64,000 bases of DNA from the NCBI GenBank assembly GCA_963713865.1, contig OY970208.1, forward strand, positions 1,568,001-1,632,000, read 5' to 3'. This DNA is from an uncultured candidate division Zixibacteria bacterium. GTDB taxonomy: Bacteria > Zixibacteria > MSB-5A5 > RBG-16-43-9. Shown piece after piece: positions 30,366 to 40,644 of the stretch (its first letter is position 1; every line of letters starts with the position of its first letter). The position numbers and the translations under genes are program-made. The notes below the pieces were generated by a model that saw nothing but the letters and a program-made list of their open reading frames with translations, had not been told where the DNA came from and ran no database searches.

Positions 30366-32297
30366 ATGGCTATAGTTGAAGGGATTTCGGGTAATCTCAT
30401 AGCCGCCTTAATTTATGATGGATTAAAAAACGGGGGTAAATTTTTTCTTGGACCTCATTTTAAGACTTTTCTGTTAGCTCAAAAGAAAGCACAAAAACAG
30501 TTAAGAAAAGAATTTACTGAGGGTGAGTTGCTCTCTGTTTTCACCACCTTCAATAATTTGAAATGGAAGCTGAGTTTCGGCAAGGAAGCCAGAGAAGAGA
30601 TAAAAAGAAATTTGAAAAAAGGGGTAGTAGCAATTAATGGCAAGGTTTTTGTAGATGAGCTAGTGGAAGAGCTTCATCAAAATAACAGGCAATATGATAT
30701 AAGACTGGTGGAGAAGGTGATTGGTAGATTTGTGGAAATTGTAGGCGAGGAGATGAAAACAGACCACGAGATTCTCAATTATTTGCAGAAAATGGATCTT
30801 GAAAACATCATAGATAAAATTGATTCAGAGTTTGGGGAAGTTAGAAAAAGATTAGAACGTATAGAACAAAAGATTGAGAGACTTCCTCAAAAAATGGGAG
30901 AGCCAATAAAATACGAAGACGGGATTCCTCAAAGTGAAAACCTAAGTTTAAGAAATCTTTTTGATGAAGGAGATAAGCATTTAGAAAATTATGAATATGA
31001 CCAAGCCATAAAAGCCTTTAGAACCGCTCTTGGATTGCAAGGGCTGAAACCATCAGAGTCCTGTGCTCTTTTGGTTTCCATTGGGAATGCTCAGTATAAG
31101 CAAAGTAGATGGGACGGGGCTAAAGGGAGTTACTTAGAAGCTTTAGACTGGGCTGAAAAAGGAAAAGATGAATGGGGTCAAGCCGCCGCATTCGGAAATC
31201 TGGGTTTGGTTTATAAGGATAAAGGAGAATGGGACAAGGCGATAGAGTTTTATAATAAAGCTTTAAAAGGATTAGAGAAGATAGGGGATGAGTATGGGAT
31301 GGCATCTACCTTTAACAATCTTGGTCTGGTATATGCTTCAAAAGGAGAATGGGACAAGGCGATAGAGTTTTATAATAAGAGTTTGAAGATTGATGAGAAG
31401 ATAGGGGATGAGTATGGTATGGCACAGACCTTTAACAATCTTGGTCTGGTATATGCTTCAAAAGGAGAATGGAACAAGGCGATAGAGTTTTATAATAAGA
31501 GTTTAAAGATAAAAGGGAAGATAGAGGATGAGTATGGGATGGCACAGACCTTTAACAATCTTGGCTCGGTATATTATTCAAAAGGAGAATGGGACAAGGC
31601 CATAGAATTCTATAATAAGAGTTTAAAGATAAAGGAGAAGATAGGGGATGAGCATGGGATGGCATATATCTTTAACAATCTTGGTCTGGTATATGCTTCA
31701 AAAGGAGAATGGGACAAGGCCGTAGAGTTTTATAATAAAGCTTTAAAAGGATTAGAGAAGATAGGGGATGAGAATGGGATGGCATATACCTTCAACAATC
31801 TTGGTATGGTATATTATTCCAAAGGAGAATGGGATAAGGCGATAGAGTTTTATAATAAAGCTTTAAAAAGATTAGAGAAGATAGGGGATGAGTATGGGAT
31901 GGCACAGACCTTTAACAATCTTGGCTCGGTATATGCTTCAAAAGGAGAATGGGACAAGGCAATAGAGTTTTATAATAAGAGTTTAAAGATAGATGAGAAG
32001 ATAGGGGATGAGTATGGTATGGCACAAAGATATCGTAATCTGGGTAATGTTTATCAGCTTAAAGATGAATGGGACAAGGCAATAAAGTTTTATAATAAGA
32101 GTTTAAAGATAGATGAAAAGATAGGGGATGAGCATGGGATAGCACAGACAAAAGTAAATATAGGGATTTTGTATAAAATACAGGGCAAGAAAAAGGAGGC
32201 GAAGAAATTATTAGAGGAGAGTTTGAAAGTATTTGAGAAAATTGGTGATAGACCTACTGCGGAGATTGCGAGGAGTTATTTGGAGGATTTGAAATAA
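30366..32297 (+). CDS. TPR protein: N-terminal helical/coiled-coil region plus near-identical 40-aa TPRs
   Basis: Repeated FNNLGLVYASKGEWDKAIEFYNKSLKIDEKIGDEYGMA. Confidence 0.92.
   Translation: MAIVEGISGNLIAALIYDGLKNGGKFFLGPHFKTFLLAQKKAQKQLRKEFTEGELLSVFTTFNNLKWKLSFGKEAREEIKRNLKKGVVAINGKVFVDELVEELHQNNRQYDIRLVEKVIGRFVEIVGEEMKTDHEILNYLQKMDLENIIDKIDSEFGEVRKRLERIEQKIERLPQKMGEPIKYEDGIPQSENLSLRNLFDEGDKHLENYEYDQAIKAFRTALGLQGLKPSESCALLVSIGNAQYKQSRWDGAKGSYLEALDWAEKGKDEWGQAAAFGNLGLVYKDKGEWDKAIEFYNKALKGLEKIGDEYGMASTFNNLGLVYASKGEWDKAIEFYNKSLKIDEKIGDEYGMAQTFNNLGLVYASKGEWNKAIEFYNKSLKIKGKIEDEYGMAQTFNNLGSVYYSKGEWDKAIEFYNKSLKIKEKIGDEHGMAYIFNNLGLVYASKGEWDKAVEFYNKALKGLEKIGDENGMAYTFNNLGMVYYSKGEWDKAIEFYNKALKRLEKIGDEYGMAQTFNNLGSVYASKGEWDKAIEFYNKSLKIDEKIGDEYGMAQRYRNLGNVYQLKDEWDKAIKFYNKSLKIDEKIGDEHGIAQTKVNIGILYKIQGKKKEAKKLLEESLKVFEKIGDRPTAEIARSYLEDLK
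31189..32148 (+). repeat. Intragenic tandem repeat, 8 x 120 bp
   Basis: Lines starting 31201, 31321, 31441 ... 32041 align with an exact 120-nt period. Confidence 0.95.
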
Positions 32298-32300
32298 AAT

Positions 32301-32433
32301 TGTAGAGGCACGTTGCTACGTGTCCCTACGGTTCTAACGGGATTTTCCTGACTTTGGAGACGCATTCAATGCGTCTCTACGTAATTACATCAGGTCAGGG
32401 TCGAACAAGCGAGGTTAAAAGCCTCGCACTACG
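32301..32433. repeat. REP cluster
   Basis: tgtagaggcacgttgctacgtgtccctacg; ggagacgcattcaatgcgtctctac; gcgaggttaaaagcctcgcactacg. Confidence 0.75.
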
Positions 32434-32447
32434 AAAGAAATAAAATC

Positions 32448-33467
32448 ATGAATAACATCTTAGTCAAAGTATATCGAGGAGATACCGTTGAGAGCATCCA
32501 CTGCGGCTCAGTGGCGGTGGTTGATTCTAAGGGTAAGCTGATCTATTCTTTTGGAGACCCTTATTTTGTTACCTATCTCCGCTCTTCTGCTAAGCCCTTT
32601 CAAACTATTTCTTTGATAACTTCCGGTGCAGCAAAAGAGTTTGGATTGACCCGGAAAGAGATTGCCATAATCTCAGGCTCGCATAATGGTCAGAAGATTC
32701 ATACGGATACGGTAAAAAGTATTCTCAAAAAGATAGGTCTTTCGGAGAAGAATCTACAATGCGGTGTTCATATTCCTCATTATTATACAGCAAATAATAT
32801 CACTCCTCCACTGGGTAAAAGATTTACTCCGGTTCATCACAACTGCTCAGGAAAGCATTCCGGGATTTTAGCCCTGTGCGTTTATTTCGGATGGGATATA
32901 AAAAGCTATTTAGATAAAAATCATCCTGCACAAAAGATGATTTTAAAGGCAATCTCTGAGATATGCCGGTATCCGAGGAAAAAGATTGGAATAGGAATAG
33001 ATGGATGCGGGGTGCCGGTTCACGCGATGCCTATTTATAATATGGCATTGGGATTTTCCAATCTTGTGAATTTCAACTCCAAAGATGATGAAACCGCTGA
33101 AGCTTATAAGTTGATAGTTGAATCCATGAAAAAATATCCGGAAATGGTATCAGGTGAAGGGAGATTGGATTTAAGCTTGGCTTTGGCTTCAAAAAATAAT
33201 ATATTAACCAAAGCCGGAGGGGAAGCTTTGAGCTGTTCCGGGATACTGGATAAGGGTTGGGGAATGACAGTTAAAATTGCGGATGGAACCCAGAGAGCGA
33301 TTGGCCCAGCAGTGATTGAGTCTCTTAAGCAGATGGGATTATTAAATGAAAAACAGATTGGTAAGATTAAAAAATTCTCCCATCCACTAATTAAAAATTT
33401 CAGAGGAGATCAGGTAGGATTTATACAGGCGGAGTTCAGGTTAAAAAAAGAGAGAAGGGATATGTAA
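32448..33467 (+). CDS. Class 3 (Rhizobium etli-type, asparaginase II) L-asparaginase
   Basis: ESIHCG, RSSAKPFQ, SGSHNG, HNCSGKH, DGCG, KIADG. Confidence 0.9.
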   Translation: MNNILVKVYRGDTVESIHCGSVAVVDSKGKLIYSFGDPYFVTYLRSSAKPFQTISLITSGAAKEFGLTRKEIAIISGSHNGQKIHTDTVKSILKKIGLSEKNLQCGVHIPHYYTANNITPPLGKRFTPVHHNCSGKHSGILALCVYFGWDIKSYLDKNHPAQKMILKAISEICRYPRKKIGIGIDGCGVPVHAMPIYNMALGFSNLVNFNSKDDETAEAYKLIVESMKKYPEMVSGEGRLDLSLALASKNNILTKAGGEALSCSGILDKGWGMTVKIADGTQRAIGPAVIESLKQMGLLNEKQIGKIKKFSHPLIKNFRGDQVGFIQAEFRLKKERRDM

Positions 33468-33477
33468 GACGTTAAAA

Positions 33478-33628
33478 GTAGCGTCGGGCTTTATGCCTGA
33501 CGAAATAAAATGACGTCGGGGATTAACCCCGACGCTACAAAAACAAAAAAAATAATTAAGTGCTTGCCAGGTCCCCTGACCTGGCAAGGTTACCGTCGTC
33601 GGGTCAGTCCGCCTGAGGTGGACGACGG
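33478..33628. repeat. GTAGCGTCGGG-family REP elements
   Basis: gtagcgtcgggctttatgcctgacg..cgtcggggattaaccccgacgctac; related copies at 27980, 29250, 34249. Confidence 0.75.
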
Positions 33629-33666
33629 ACACAGAAAACATAAAATAAATCTAACCCAAAATTATT

Positions 33667-34206
33667 ATGAAAAAAGAAATCCTAAGAATTTTACCGGAGA
33701 TCAGAAAGATTAAAAACAAGGAGCTCAGGGAAAAGGTTATTTTAACCTGGGAAGAGGGGATAAAAATTGGCGGGTGGAAGACAGAAGATCTGAAAAAGAT
33801 TCCTTTTACCCTGCTTATTCCGGATTGCAAAGTGAATTTGATAGAGCATACTCGTGCAGTTACCAATACTGCATTGAGAGTGGCAGAGACACTTTCCAGA
33901 GCTTATAAGAGTCTGGTTAAAATCGACAAAGATATACTGATCGCTGGCGGGATTCTGCATGATGTTGGGAAGGTCTTGGAATATGCTAAAACAGGTGGGA
34001 AGATTTTCAAAAGCCCTAAAGGTAAATTCTTAAGGCATCCTTTTTCCGGGTCAGCTTTAGCTTATAAGTATGGGGTTCCCGAGGAGGTCGTTCATCTGAT
34101 AGCAGTTCATTCTCACGAAGGGGATCAGGGTTATCGTTCAATCGAAGCTATTATCATCCATCATTCGGATTTTGTAAATTTTGAAGTCCTGGGAGGAAAA
34201 ACCTAG
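33667..34206 (+). CDS. HD-domain (HDIG) metal-dependent phosphohydrolase
   Basis: EHTRAV, LHDVGK, RHP, HSHEG, HHSD. Confidence 0.88.
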   Translation: MKKEILRILPEIRKIKNKELREKVILTWEEGIKIGGWKTEDLKKIPFTLLIPDCKVNLIEHTRAVTNTALRVAETLSRAYKSLVKIDKDILIAGGILHDVGKVLEYAKTGGKIFKSPKGKFLRHPFSGSALAYKYGVPEEVVHLIAVHSHEGDQGYRSIEAIIIHHSDFVNFEVLGGKT

Positions 34207-34386
34207 TTCAAAAGTTTAAAGGTTCAAAAGCTCAAAGGTTAAATGCAACGTAGCGTCGGGCTTTATGCCCGACGAAAAAATGCGGGAAATCCAATTTCAG
34301 TACAATCAAGTGATAGGAAATGGTTGCAAAAGCAAGGCTGAAGCCTTGCCCTACAATCTTAGGTGGGAAGGTTAAATAAGTAGGAT

Positions 34387-36228
34387 GTGAAACGTAAGAT
34401 GGAAGAAGGGAAAAGTAAGAATCTTCTACCTATCCTGATTTTTATTTTAGCCTTCGGGATAAGATTTGTCTACCTTTTGGGAATAAAAAGGCTTCCTCTT
34501 TTTGAATTCCCCCTCGCAGATGCACTTTATAATTTAGACTGGGCAAAAGAGATCGTTTCAGGCAGCCTGTGGGCAAAAGCTCCTTTTTTTAGAGCTCCAC
34601 TTTATCCTTTCTTCTTATCTTTACTGATAAAAATCTTTGGGAAAGACCTTTTTGTTTTAAGGATTATTCAGATTTTCATAGGCTCTTTAAGTTGTGTTTT
34701 GATTTATCTATTAGCCTGGAGGTTGTTTAACTCAAAAGTTGCCATTCTTTCAGCCATCTTTGCTTGCTTTTATGCACCCTTGATATTTTTTGACGTAGAG
34801 TTTCTAGATACTTTCTTTATAATCTTTTTTGGTCTTCTTTCTGTTTACATCTTGATTTGTGCTCAGAAAAGACCTTCAATTTACAGATTCTTCCTGGGTG
34901 GTATTTTTATCGGTATTTCTGCCATAGCTCGTCCCAATATCCTTCTTTTTGCAGTTTTTATCCCTTTCTGGGTCTTTTTTTATTTCCGGAAAAATTTAAA
35001 TCTAAAGAAGATATTTAGCTTCATACTCTTTTTCATCCTAGGTCTTTTTTTGATCGTTTTACCGGCGATTTTAGTTAACTATTTTGCAGGCAAGGATTTT
35101 GTTTTAATTGCCTGGCAGGGGGGGATAAATTTTTATCTGGGTAATAATATCAATGCCTCTGGCTATAAGGCAGTTGCCTCTGGTATAAGGACGACCTGGT
35201 ATGGCATTTATTACGACAGTGTCAATCTGGCTGATAAAGTTTCTGGAAGAACGCTTAAATTCTCAGAGACCTCTGATTTCTGGTTTAAGCAGGGGTATCA
35301 TTTTATTTTGACGCAGCCTTTATTTGCATTAAAACTTTATTTGAAAAAGATTGCCCTTTTTTTGAGTGGATATGAGATTTCGGAGAATCCGAATATCTAT
35401 TTTTTCTGGTCACATCCCCAAAACATTCTCAAACCTTTACTCTGGAGAAAACTCATCTCGTTTCCCAGCGGGATACTTCTGCCTTTAGCCTGGCTGGGGA
35501 TTTTCTTAGCCTTTAGAGAGTGGAAAAGGTTATCTTTAATCCTGGGATTTATCTTTACCAATATGTTCTCGGTGATACTATTCTTTGTGAATACCAGATT
35601 TCGTATACCGGTAATTCCATTTCTTCTGATCTTCTCAGCTTTTGCTATTTTCAAGATAATCGAGAGCGAGAAAGTCAGGACAAAACTCTTATTGATATTT
35701 TTTAGTGTCATACTAATCATTTTGGCAAATATCGACCTGACCAGGCAGATGGATCCGGTTTATGAGGCGCAATTTCATTATATCTTAGGGAATGCCTATC
35801 TGAAAGAGAAGTCTTTTCAAAATGCAGAAGATGAGTTCACTCAGGCTATCCAGATCTCGGAAGAGCAGGCACGGGCTTTTACCGGACTGGGTGTGATTCG
35901 ATATGTCCAGGGGGATTACGTTCAGGCGGAAAGTTTGTTAAATAAAGCTCTACGGGTTGATTCAACTGAAGTCTATGCCTATCGCTATTTAGGTGATATC
36001 TATGCTAAGAAAAGAGAATATTCAAAAGCCTTACAGGAATATCAAATGGCTTTGGCTTTAAATCCTGAATATGGAGAGGCATATTTTGGGGCTGGTTATG
36101 TTTATGCAAATTTTGGGGATTTAAAAAAAGCTATTGAAATGTGGGAGAAAAGTTTAGTATATTCTCCTGATTTGCCTGGAACCAGGAAGAACCTGGAAAG
36201 AGCAAGAAGGCTGTTACAAAAACAGTGA
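34387..36228 (+). CDS. GT-C (ArnT/PMT, GT39/83-like) glycosyltransferase with C-terminal TPRs
   Basis: Multi-TM; DALY..WA, FFRAPLYPFFL, ARPN, NFYLGNN, RFRIP; TPRs at the C-terminus. Confidence 0.85.
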   Translation: MKRKMEEGKSKNLLPILIFILAFGIRFVYLLGIKRLPLFEFPLADALYNLDWAKEIVSGSLWAKAPFFRAPLYPFFLSLLIKIFGKDLFVLRIIQIFIGSLSCVLIYLLAWRLFNSKVAILSAIFACFYAPLIFFDVEFLDTFFIIFFGLLSVYILICAQKRPSIYRFFLGGIFIGISAIARPNILLFAVFIPFWVFFYFRKNLNLKKIFSFILFFILGLFLIVLPAILVNYFAGKDFVLIAWQGGINFYLGNNINASGYKAVASGIRTTWYGIYYDSVNLADKVSGRTLKFSETSDFWFKQGYHFILTQPLFALKLYLKKIALFLSGYEISENPNIYFFWSHPQNILKPLLWRKLISFPSGILLPLAWLGIFLAFREWKRLSLILGFIFTNMFSVILFFVNTRFRIPVIPFLLIFSAFAIFKIIESEKVRTKLLLIFFSVILIILANIDLTRQMDPVYEAQFHYILGNAYLKEKSFQNAEDEFTQAIQISEEQARAFTGLGVIRYVQGDYVQAESLLNKALRVDSTEVYAYRYLGDIYAKKREYSKALQEYQMALALNPEYGEAYFGAGYVYANFGDLKKAIEMWEKSLVYSPDLPGTRKNLERARRLLQKQ

Positions 36229-36330
36229 GACGTAAGAAGTAAGACGGGAGACGATCAAAAGCAGGTAGCTTGTAGCAAAAATCGAATAGCAAATAGCGAA
36301 TACCTAAACCCATAATTACAGGAGGAACTG

Positions 36331-37632
36331 ATGAGTTCAAAGAGAAGACAGATTTTACTGACCACGGATGAGATGCCTAAAAGATGGTATAATATTCAAC
36401 CTGATCTTCCAGAGCCTTTGCCGCCGCCCAAGGATCCGGAAAATGGTGAGTCGCGCATAAAAACGCTGCCGGATATACTCTTAGCGGAGTGCTTGAAACA
36501 GGAGTTCTCACAGGAAAGATGGATCGATATACCGGACGAGCTTTTGAGCATTTATCAGCAGGCGGGAAGACCCAAACCTTTGTTCAGAGCATTGAATTTA
36601 GAGAAAAGATTGGGTACTCCTGCCAGGATGTATTATAAAAGCGAATTTTATTCACCTACCGGAAGCCATAAGGTCAACACTGCCTTAGCGCAAGCTTTTT
36701 ATGCAAGGGAACAAGGGTTTGAAAGGTTGACTACTGAGACTGGAGCGGGTCAATGGGGAACTGCTTTAGCTTATGCCGCCAGTTTATCTAACCTGAAATG
36801 CACTGTTTATTGGGTCAGAGCAGTGCATGACTGGAAAAACGACCGCAGGGGGTTTATGCAGTTATTCGGAGCAGAGGTTTATGCTTCGCCCAGCAGTAAA
36901 ACTGAAATGGGAAGAAAGCTCTGGGAGAAAGACCATAATCATCCCGGTTCTTTGGGAATTGCCATATCTGAAGGTATGGAGGATGCCAGGAAAGATAAAA
37001 AGGCGATCTATTGTCTGGGTTCGGTTTTAAATCACGTATTAATGCATCAAACCATTATTGGTCTGGAAACCCAGGCTCAATTTGAGAAGATCGGAGAATA
37101 TCCGAATCTGGTTATTTCCTGTTTAGGCGGGGGCAGTAATTTCGGTGGGTTTGCATTGCCCTTTGTGAGTGATGTTCTGACCAAGGGCAAGAAGATAAAA
37201 TTCATTGCGGCTCAAAGCCAGTCTGCCCCCAATTTACAGGGTGAATATAAATATGATTTCGCAGACCACGGGGAATTGACGCCACTTTTGAAAATGTACA
37301 CGCTCGGTCACCTGACGAATATGGCTCCGATCAAGGGGGATGGTTTAAGATACCACGGCTGTTCCCCGATTATCAGTCTGCTCCGGGACAAAGGATATAT
37401 CGATACTATCGCCTATCCCCAGGATGAAAAATACGTTTTTGAAAAAGCCAGGATTTTCATCCGGGCAGAAGGGTTTTTACCTGCACCAGAATCAGCTTAC
37501 AGTGTCGCCTGTGCTATAGATGAGGCTATGAAATGCAAGAAGACTGGTGAAGAAAAGGTTATCGCTTTCAATATCAGTGGACACGGGTTTATGGATATTC
37601 CGGGGTATAGAGAAGTTCTAAATTTAAAATAA
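36331..37632 (+). CDS. trpB2: TrpB2 (stand-alone tryptophan synthase beta-like PLP enzyme)
   Basis: GSHKVNTA, TETGAGQWG, GSLGIAISE, GGGSNFGG, GLRYHG, APES, SGHG. Confidence 0.9.
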   Translation: MSSKRRQILLTTDEMPKRWYNIQPDLPEPLPPPKDPENGESRIKTLPDILLAECLKQEFSQERWIDIPDELLSIYQQAGRPKPLFRALNLEKRLGTPARMYYKSEFYSPTGSHKVNTALAQAFYAREQGFERLTTETGAGQWGTALAYAASLSNLKCTVYWVRAVHDWKNDRRGFMQLFGAEVYASPSSKTEMGRKLWEKDHNHPGSLGIAISEGMEDARKDKKAIYCLGSVLNHVLMHQTIIGLETQAQFEKIGEYPNLVISCLGGGSNFGGFALPFVSDVLTKGKKIKFIAAQSQSAPNLQGEYKYDFADHGELTPLLKMYTLGHLTNMAPIKGDGLRYHGCSPIISLLRDKGYIDTIAYPQDEKYVFEKARIFIRAEGFLPAPESAYSVACAIDEAMKCKKTGEEKVIAFNISGHGFMDIPGYREVLNLK

Positions 37633-37877
37633 GGTTTAAAGGTTCAATGGTTCAAAAGTTCAAAGGGTTAAAGTAAGAAGTGAGAAGTAAGATGTAAGAT
37701 GAAAAAAAGCGTAACGTCTCTACGAGTCGTAAAGCTTTTATCGACCGACAGTTCTATCCTAATTACGGATCCGTAGGATCGGACGTTACGAATTTAAAAT
37801 GTAGCGGAGGTCTTTAGACCTCCATATAAAGATATATGGAAGGCTGAAATCTCAAGACCTTGAGACCTTCCGCTACA
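37633..37877. repeat. 8-mer/7-mer short tandem repeats followed by REP palindromes
   Basis: GGTTCAAA-like 8-mers, GTAAGAN-like 7-mers, cgtaacgtc..gacgttacg, gtagcggaggtc..ccttccgctac. Confidence 0.75.
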
Positions 37878-37978
37878 AAACAATGATAAAATACGATAAA
37901 GGTAATTTAAAAGAGGTCAAGGGATTAAGGGTTGTAGTTTGAAGGATAAGTTTAAAGGAGTAAACGTTCAAAATATCA

Positions 37979-39229
37979 ATGGGGAATAAGATGGTCAAAA
38001 AAATAATTTTAGTAATTTTAACTGGTTTATTGTTACTTAATATCTACCAGGGATTAGTTCTGGCTCAAGAGAAGGTGGATATCACAACTCAATCTCAAAT
38101 CCAGGATGAACAGCAGAAAAAAGAAAGGTTAGACCAGGCCATAAAATATCAGAAAGCTAAGAATATTCACTTTTTCTTAGATCAGGGTTATACGATTATT
38201 TTTCTAATCTTATTTCTTTTCTTGGGATTATCAGCTTTCTTAAGACGCCAGATTGAAAAATTGACTAAAAAAAGGTTCTGGTTAGTTTTTTTCTATGCTC
38301 TGATTTTCATCATCTTAGCCTTTATCGTGGGTTTGCCCTCAAGCTATTATGGTTTTCAGCTAGAGCAAAAATACCAGCTTTCCAATCAGAATTTCTCCCA
38401 GTGGTTCGGGGAACAATTGAAAGGACTCCTGGTTTTGTTCATTATAGGGGTGATTGCGATTGAGGGGATATATTTAGCTTTAAAGAAAGCTCCCAGGAGC
38501 TGGTGGATTTACGTTTCCATCGTGTTTGTTTTCTTCACGGTTATTCTGATAAATTTAGCTCCGATTCTAATTATGCCACTTTTCAATGTCTACACACCTC
38601 TACCTCAGGGAGAGATTAGAGATAAATTGATTGCTCTTTCAGAGAAAGCTGGCGTCAGGATTGAGAATATCTACCAGATGGATATGAGCAAGCAGACCAA
38701 AAAGGCGAATGCCATGTTCACCGGGATTGGGAATACTAAAAGGATTGTTTTAGGAGATAATCTTGTCAAGGAATATACTCCAGATGAGATCGAGGTAGTG
38801 ATTGCGCATGAAATGGGGCATAATATATTGCATCATATCTGGAAATTGATTGCCTTTATGTCTTTTATCTCTGCAATTGGATTTTTGATTATTCATTTAA
38901 CAATGGGGAGGATTATCGATAGATATAGAGCCCGACTTAAAATCGAGGGGATGGCAGATATTGCGAGTTTGCCTTTGTTTATGCTGATATTTGTCGTATT
39001 TAGTCTGATAACTTTGCCAGTTTCTCCTACCTATTCACGTTATTTAGAACGTCAAGCAGATAAATTCGCTCTGGATTTAACTGGTAAACCGGATGCTTTT
39101 ATTACAGCGATGGATAAGCTGGCTTATCAAAATCTTTCGGACCCGAATCCAAGTCCGGTAATTGAATTTTTACTGTATGACCATCCACCTTCTTCTAAAA
39201 GGATTAAGTTTGCGGAGACGTATAAATAA
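37979..39229 (+). CDS. M48 family (Ste24-like) membrane Zn metallopeptidase
   Basis: Multi-TM, NAMFTG, AHEMGH, ERQADKFA, DHPP. Confidence 0.93.
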   Translation: MGNKMVKKIILVILTGLLLLNIYQGLVLAQEKVDITTQSQIQDEQQKKERLDQAIKYQKAKNIHFFLDQGYTIIFLILFLFLGLSAFLRRQIEKLTKKRFWLVFFYALIFIILAFIVGLPSSYYGFQLEQKYQLSNQNFSQWFGEQLKGLLVLFIIGVIAIEGIYLALKKAPRSWWIYVSIVFVFFTVILINLAPILIMPLFNVYTPLPQGEIRDKLIALSEKAGVRIENIYQMDMSKQTKKANAMFTGIGNTKRIVLGDNLVKEYTPDEIEVVIAHEMGHNILHHIWKLIAFMSFISAIGFLIIHLTMGRIIDRYRARLKIEGMADIASLPLFMLIFVVFSLITLPVSPTYSRYLERQADKFALDLTGKPDAFITAMDKLAYQNLSDPNPSPVIEFLLYDHPPSSKRIKFAETYK

Positions 39230-39381
39230 TAAAATAAAAAGTTCAAAGGGAAAAAAAGTAAGAAGTGAGACGTAAGACGTGAGATGAAAATCATAGGGCG
39301 ACCCTTTCGGGGTCGCAATGCGAGGCTAAAAGCTTCGCACTACGAACTATATTGGGATTCCGCACGAACGGAGAGAAATAT

Positions 39382-40644
39382 ATGCCAGGCAAAACCATAA
39401 TTGAAAAGATATTATCCAGAGCTTCGGGCAAGGATGTTCAAACGAATGACCGGATCTGGTCAGAGGTGGATTTGGCGGTGGTGCGGGATTTTGGTGGCCC
39501 AAATGTGGTCTTAGAATTTGATGAGTTCACCAATAAGGGGAAGGTGAAAGACCCGGATAAGATAGCTATGACCTTTGATTACCAGGCACCGGCTAAGGAT
39601 TTGAAAGTTGCCCAGAATCAGGCTTTGTGCCGGGATTTTGCTAAAAGGCAGGGGATTAAAAATCTTTTTGATGTGAACTGGGGGATCGGCCAGCATGTTC
39701 TATTAGAGCAGGGTATGATTAAGCCTGGCTCAGTTATTGTGGGAACTGATAGCCATATGAATCTTTTAGGCGCAGTAGGTTCTTTTTCATCAGGTGTTGG
39801 CACGACTGATGTTGTGGCTACCTGGTATTCGGGAAAGCTCTGGTTCAGGGTACCGGAAACGATTAAGGTAATCTTTAAAGGAAGATACAAAGAGCCAACT
39901 TCAGCTAAAGATTTAACTTTGAAATTTGTGAAAACCATCGGGATGGATAAGCCGAATTATAAATCTTTAGAGTTTACTGGTGAACCGATAGAGAATCTTT
40001 CCTTAGCAGGGAGATTAACTTTAGGGAGTATGGTGACTGAGGTTAATGGGAAAGTCTGCTTTATCGAACCTTCAGGCGAAACTCTTTTATTCTTAAAGCA
40101 AAGGATAAAAGATAGATTTGATATGGTTAAAAGTGACAAAGATGCAAAATACTTAGAAGAAGTTGAGGTTGATGTAGAAAACTTAATTTCGCAGATTGCC
40201 TGTCCTCATTCTCCGGATAATGTCGTGCCAGTTGAAGAAATTGAAGGGAAACCTTTTAATGAAGGTTTTATCGGCTCCTGTACTAATGGCAGATTTGAGG
40301 ATTTTGAAGCTGCAGCAAAAATTTTAAAAAAGGCAGGGAAGATTCATCCGGAGGTAAGATTGGTTATAGTTCCAGCTACCAGAGAAGTTGCCAGGGAGAT
40401 GTTGAAATCAGGTTTTTATGAGGTTTTTATGGAGGTGGGAGCAATGATTGCCAATCCGGGTTGCAGTCTGTGCACAGCCGGGCATCATGGGGTGTTGGGA
40501 AAAGGGGATGTATTACTTTCAACATCCAATAGGAATTTCTTAGGTAAATTAGGGAAAGGGGCTGAGGTTTATCTATGCAGTCCGGCAACAGTTGCGGCAT
40601 CAGCAATAAATGGAAAAATTACTGACCCGAGAAATTACTGGTAA
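39382..40644 (+). CDS. Aconitase-family (LeuC/HacA-like) dehydratase large subunit
   Basis: KTIIEKIL, GTDSH, GVGTTD, IGSCTNGR, PGCSLC, STSNRNF, SPATVAASA. Confidence 0.88.
   Translation: MPGKTIIEKILSRASGKDVQTNDRIWSEVDLAVVRDFGGPNVVLEFDEFTNKGKVKDPDKIAMTFDYQAPAKDLKVAQNQALCRDFAKRQGIKNLFDVNWGIGQHVLLEQGMIKPGSVIVGTDSHMNLLGAVGSFSSGVGTTDVVATWYSGKLWFRVPETIKVIFKGRYKEPTSAKDLTLKFVKTIGMDKPNYKSLEFTGEPIENLSLAGRLTLGSMVTEVNGKVCFIEPSGETLLFLKQRIKDRFDMVKSDKDAKYLEEVEVDVENLISQIACPHSPDNVVPVEEIEGKPFNEGFIGSCTNGRFEDFEAAAKILKKAGKIHPEVRLVIVPATREVAREMLKSGFYEVFMEVGAMIANPGCSLCTAGHHGVLGKGDVLLSTSNRNFLGKLGKGAEVYLCSPATVAASAINGKITDPRNYW

Noticed and set aside
31189-32148. Regular repeat array as CRISPR or DGR
   Set aside because: Units are contiguous 120-bp in-frame TPR codons with no unique spacers; no cas or reverse transcriptase gene in the window
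36331-37632. TrpB without TrpA as a novelty
   Set aside because: Stand-alone TrpB2 enzymes are well known
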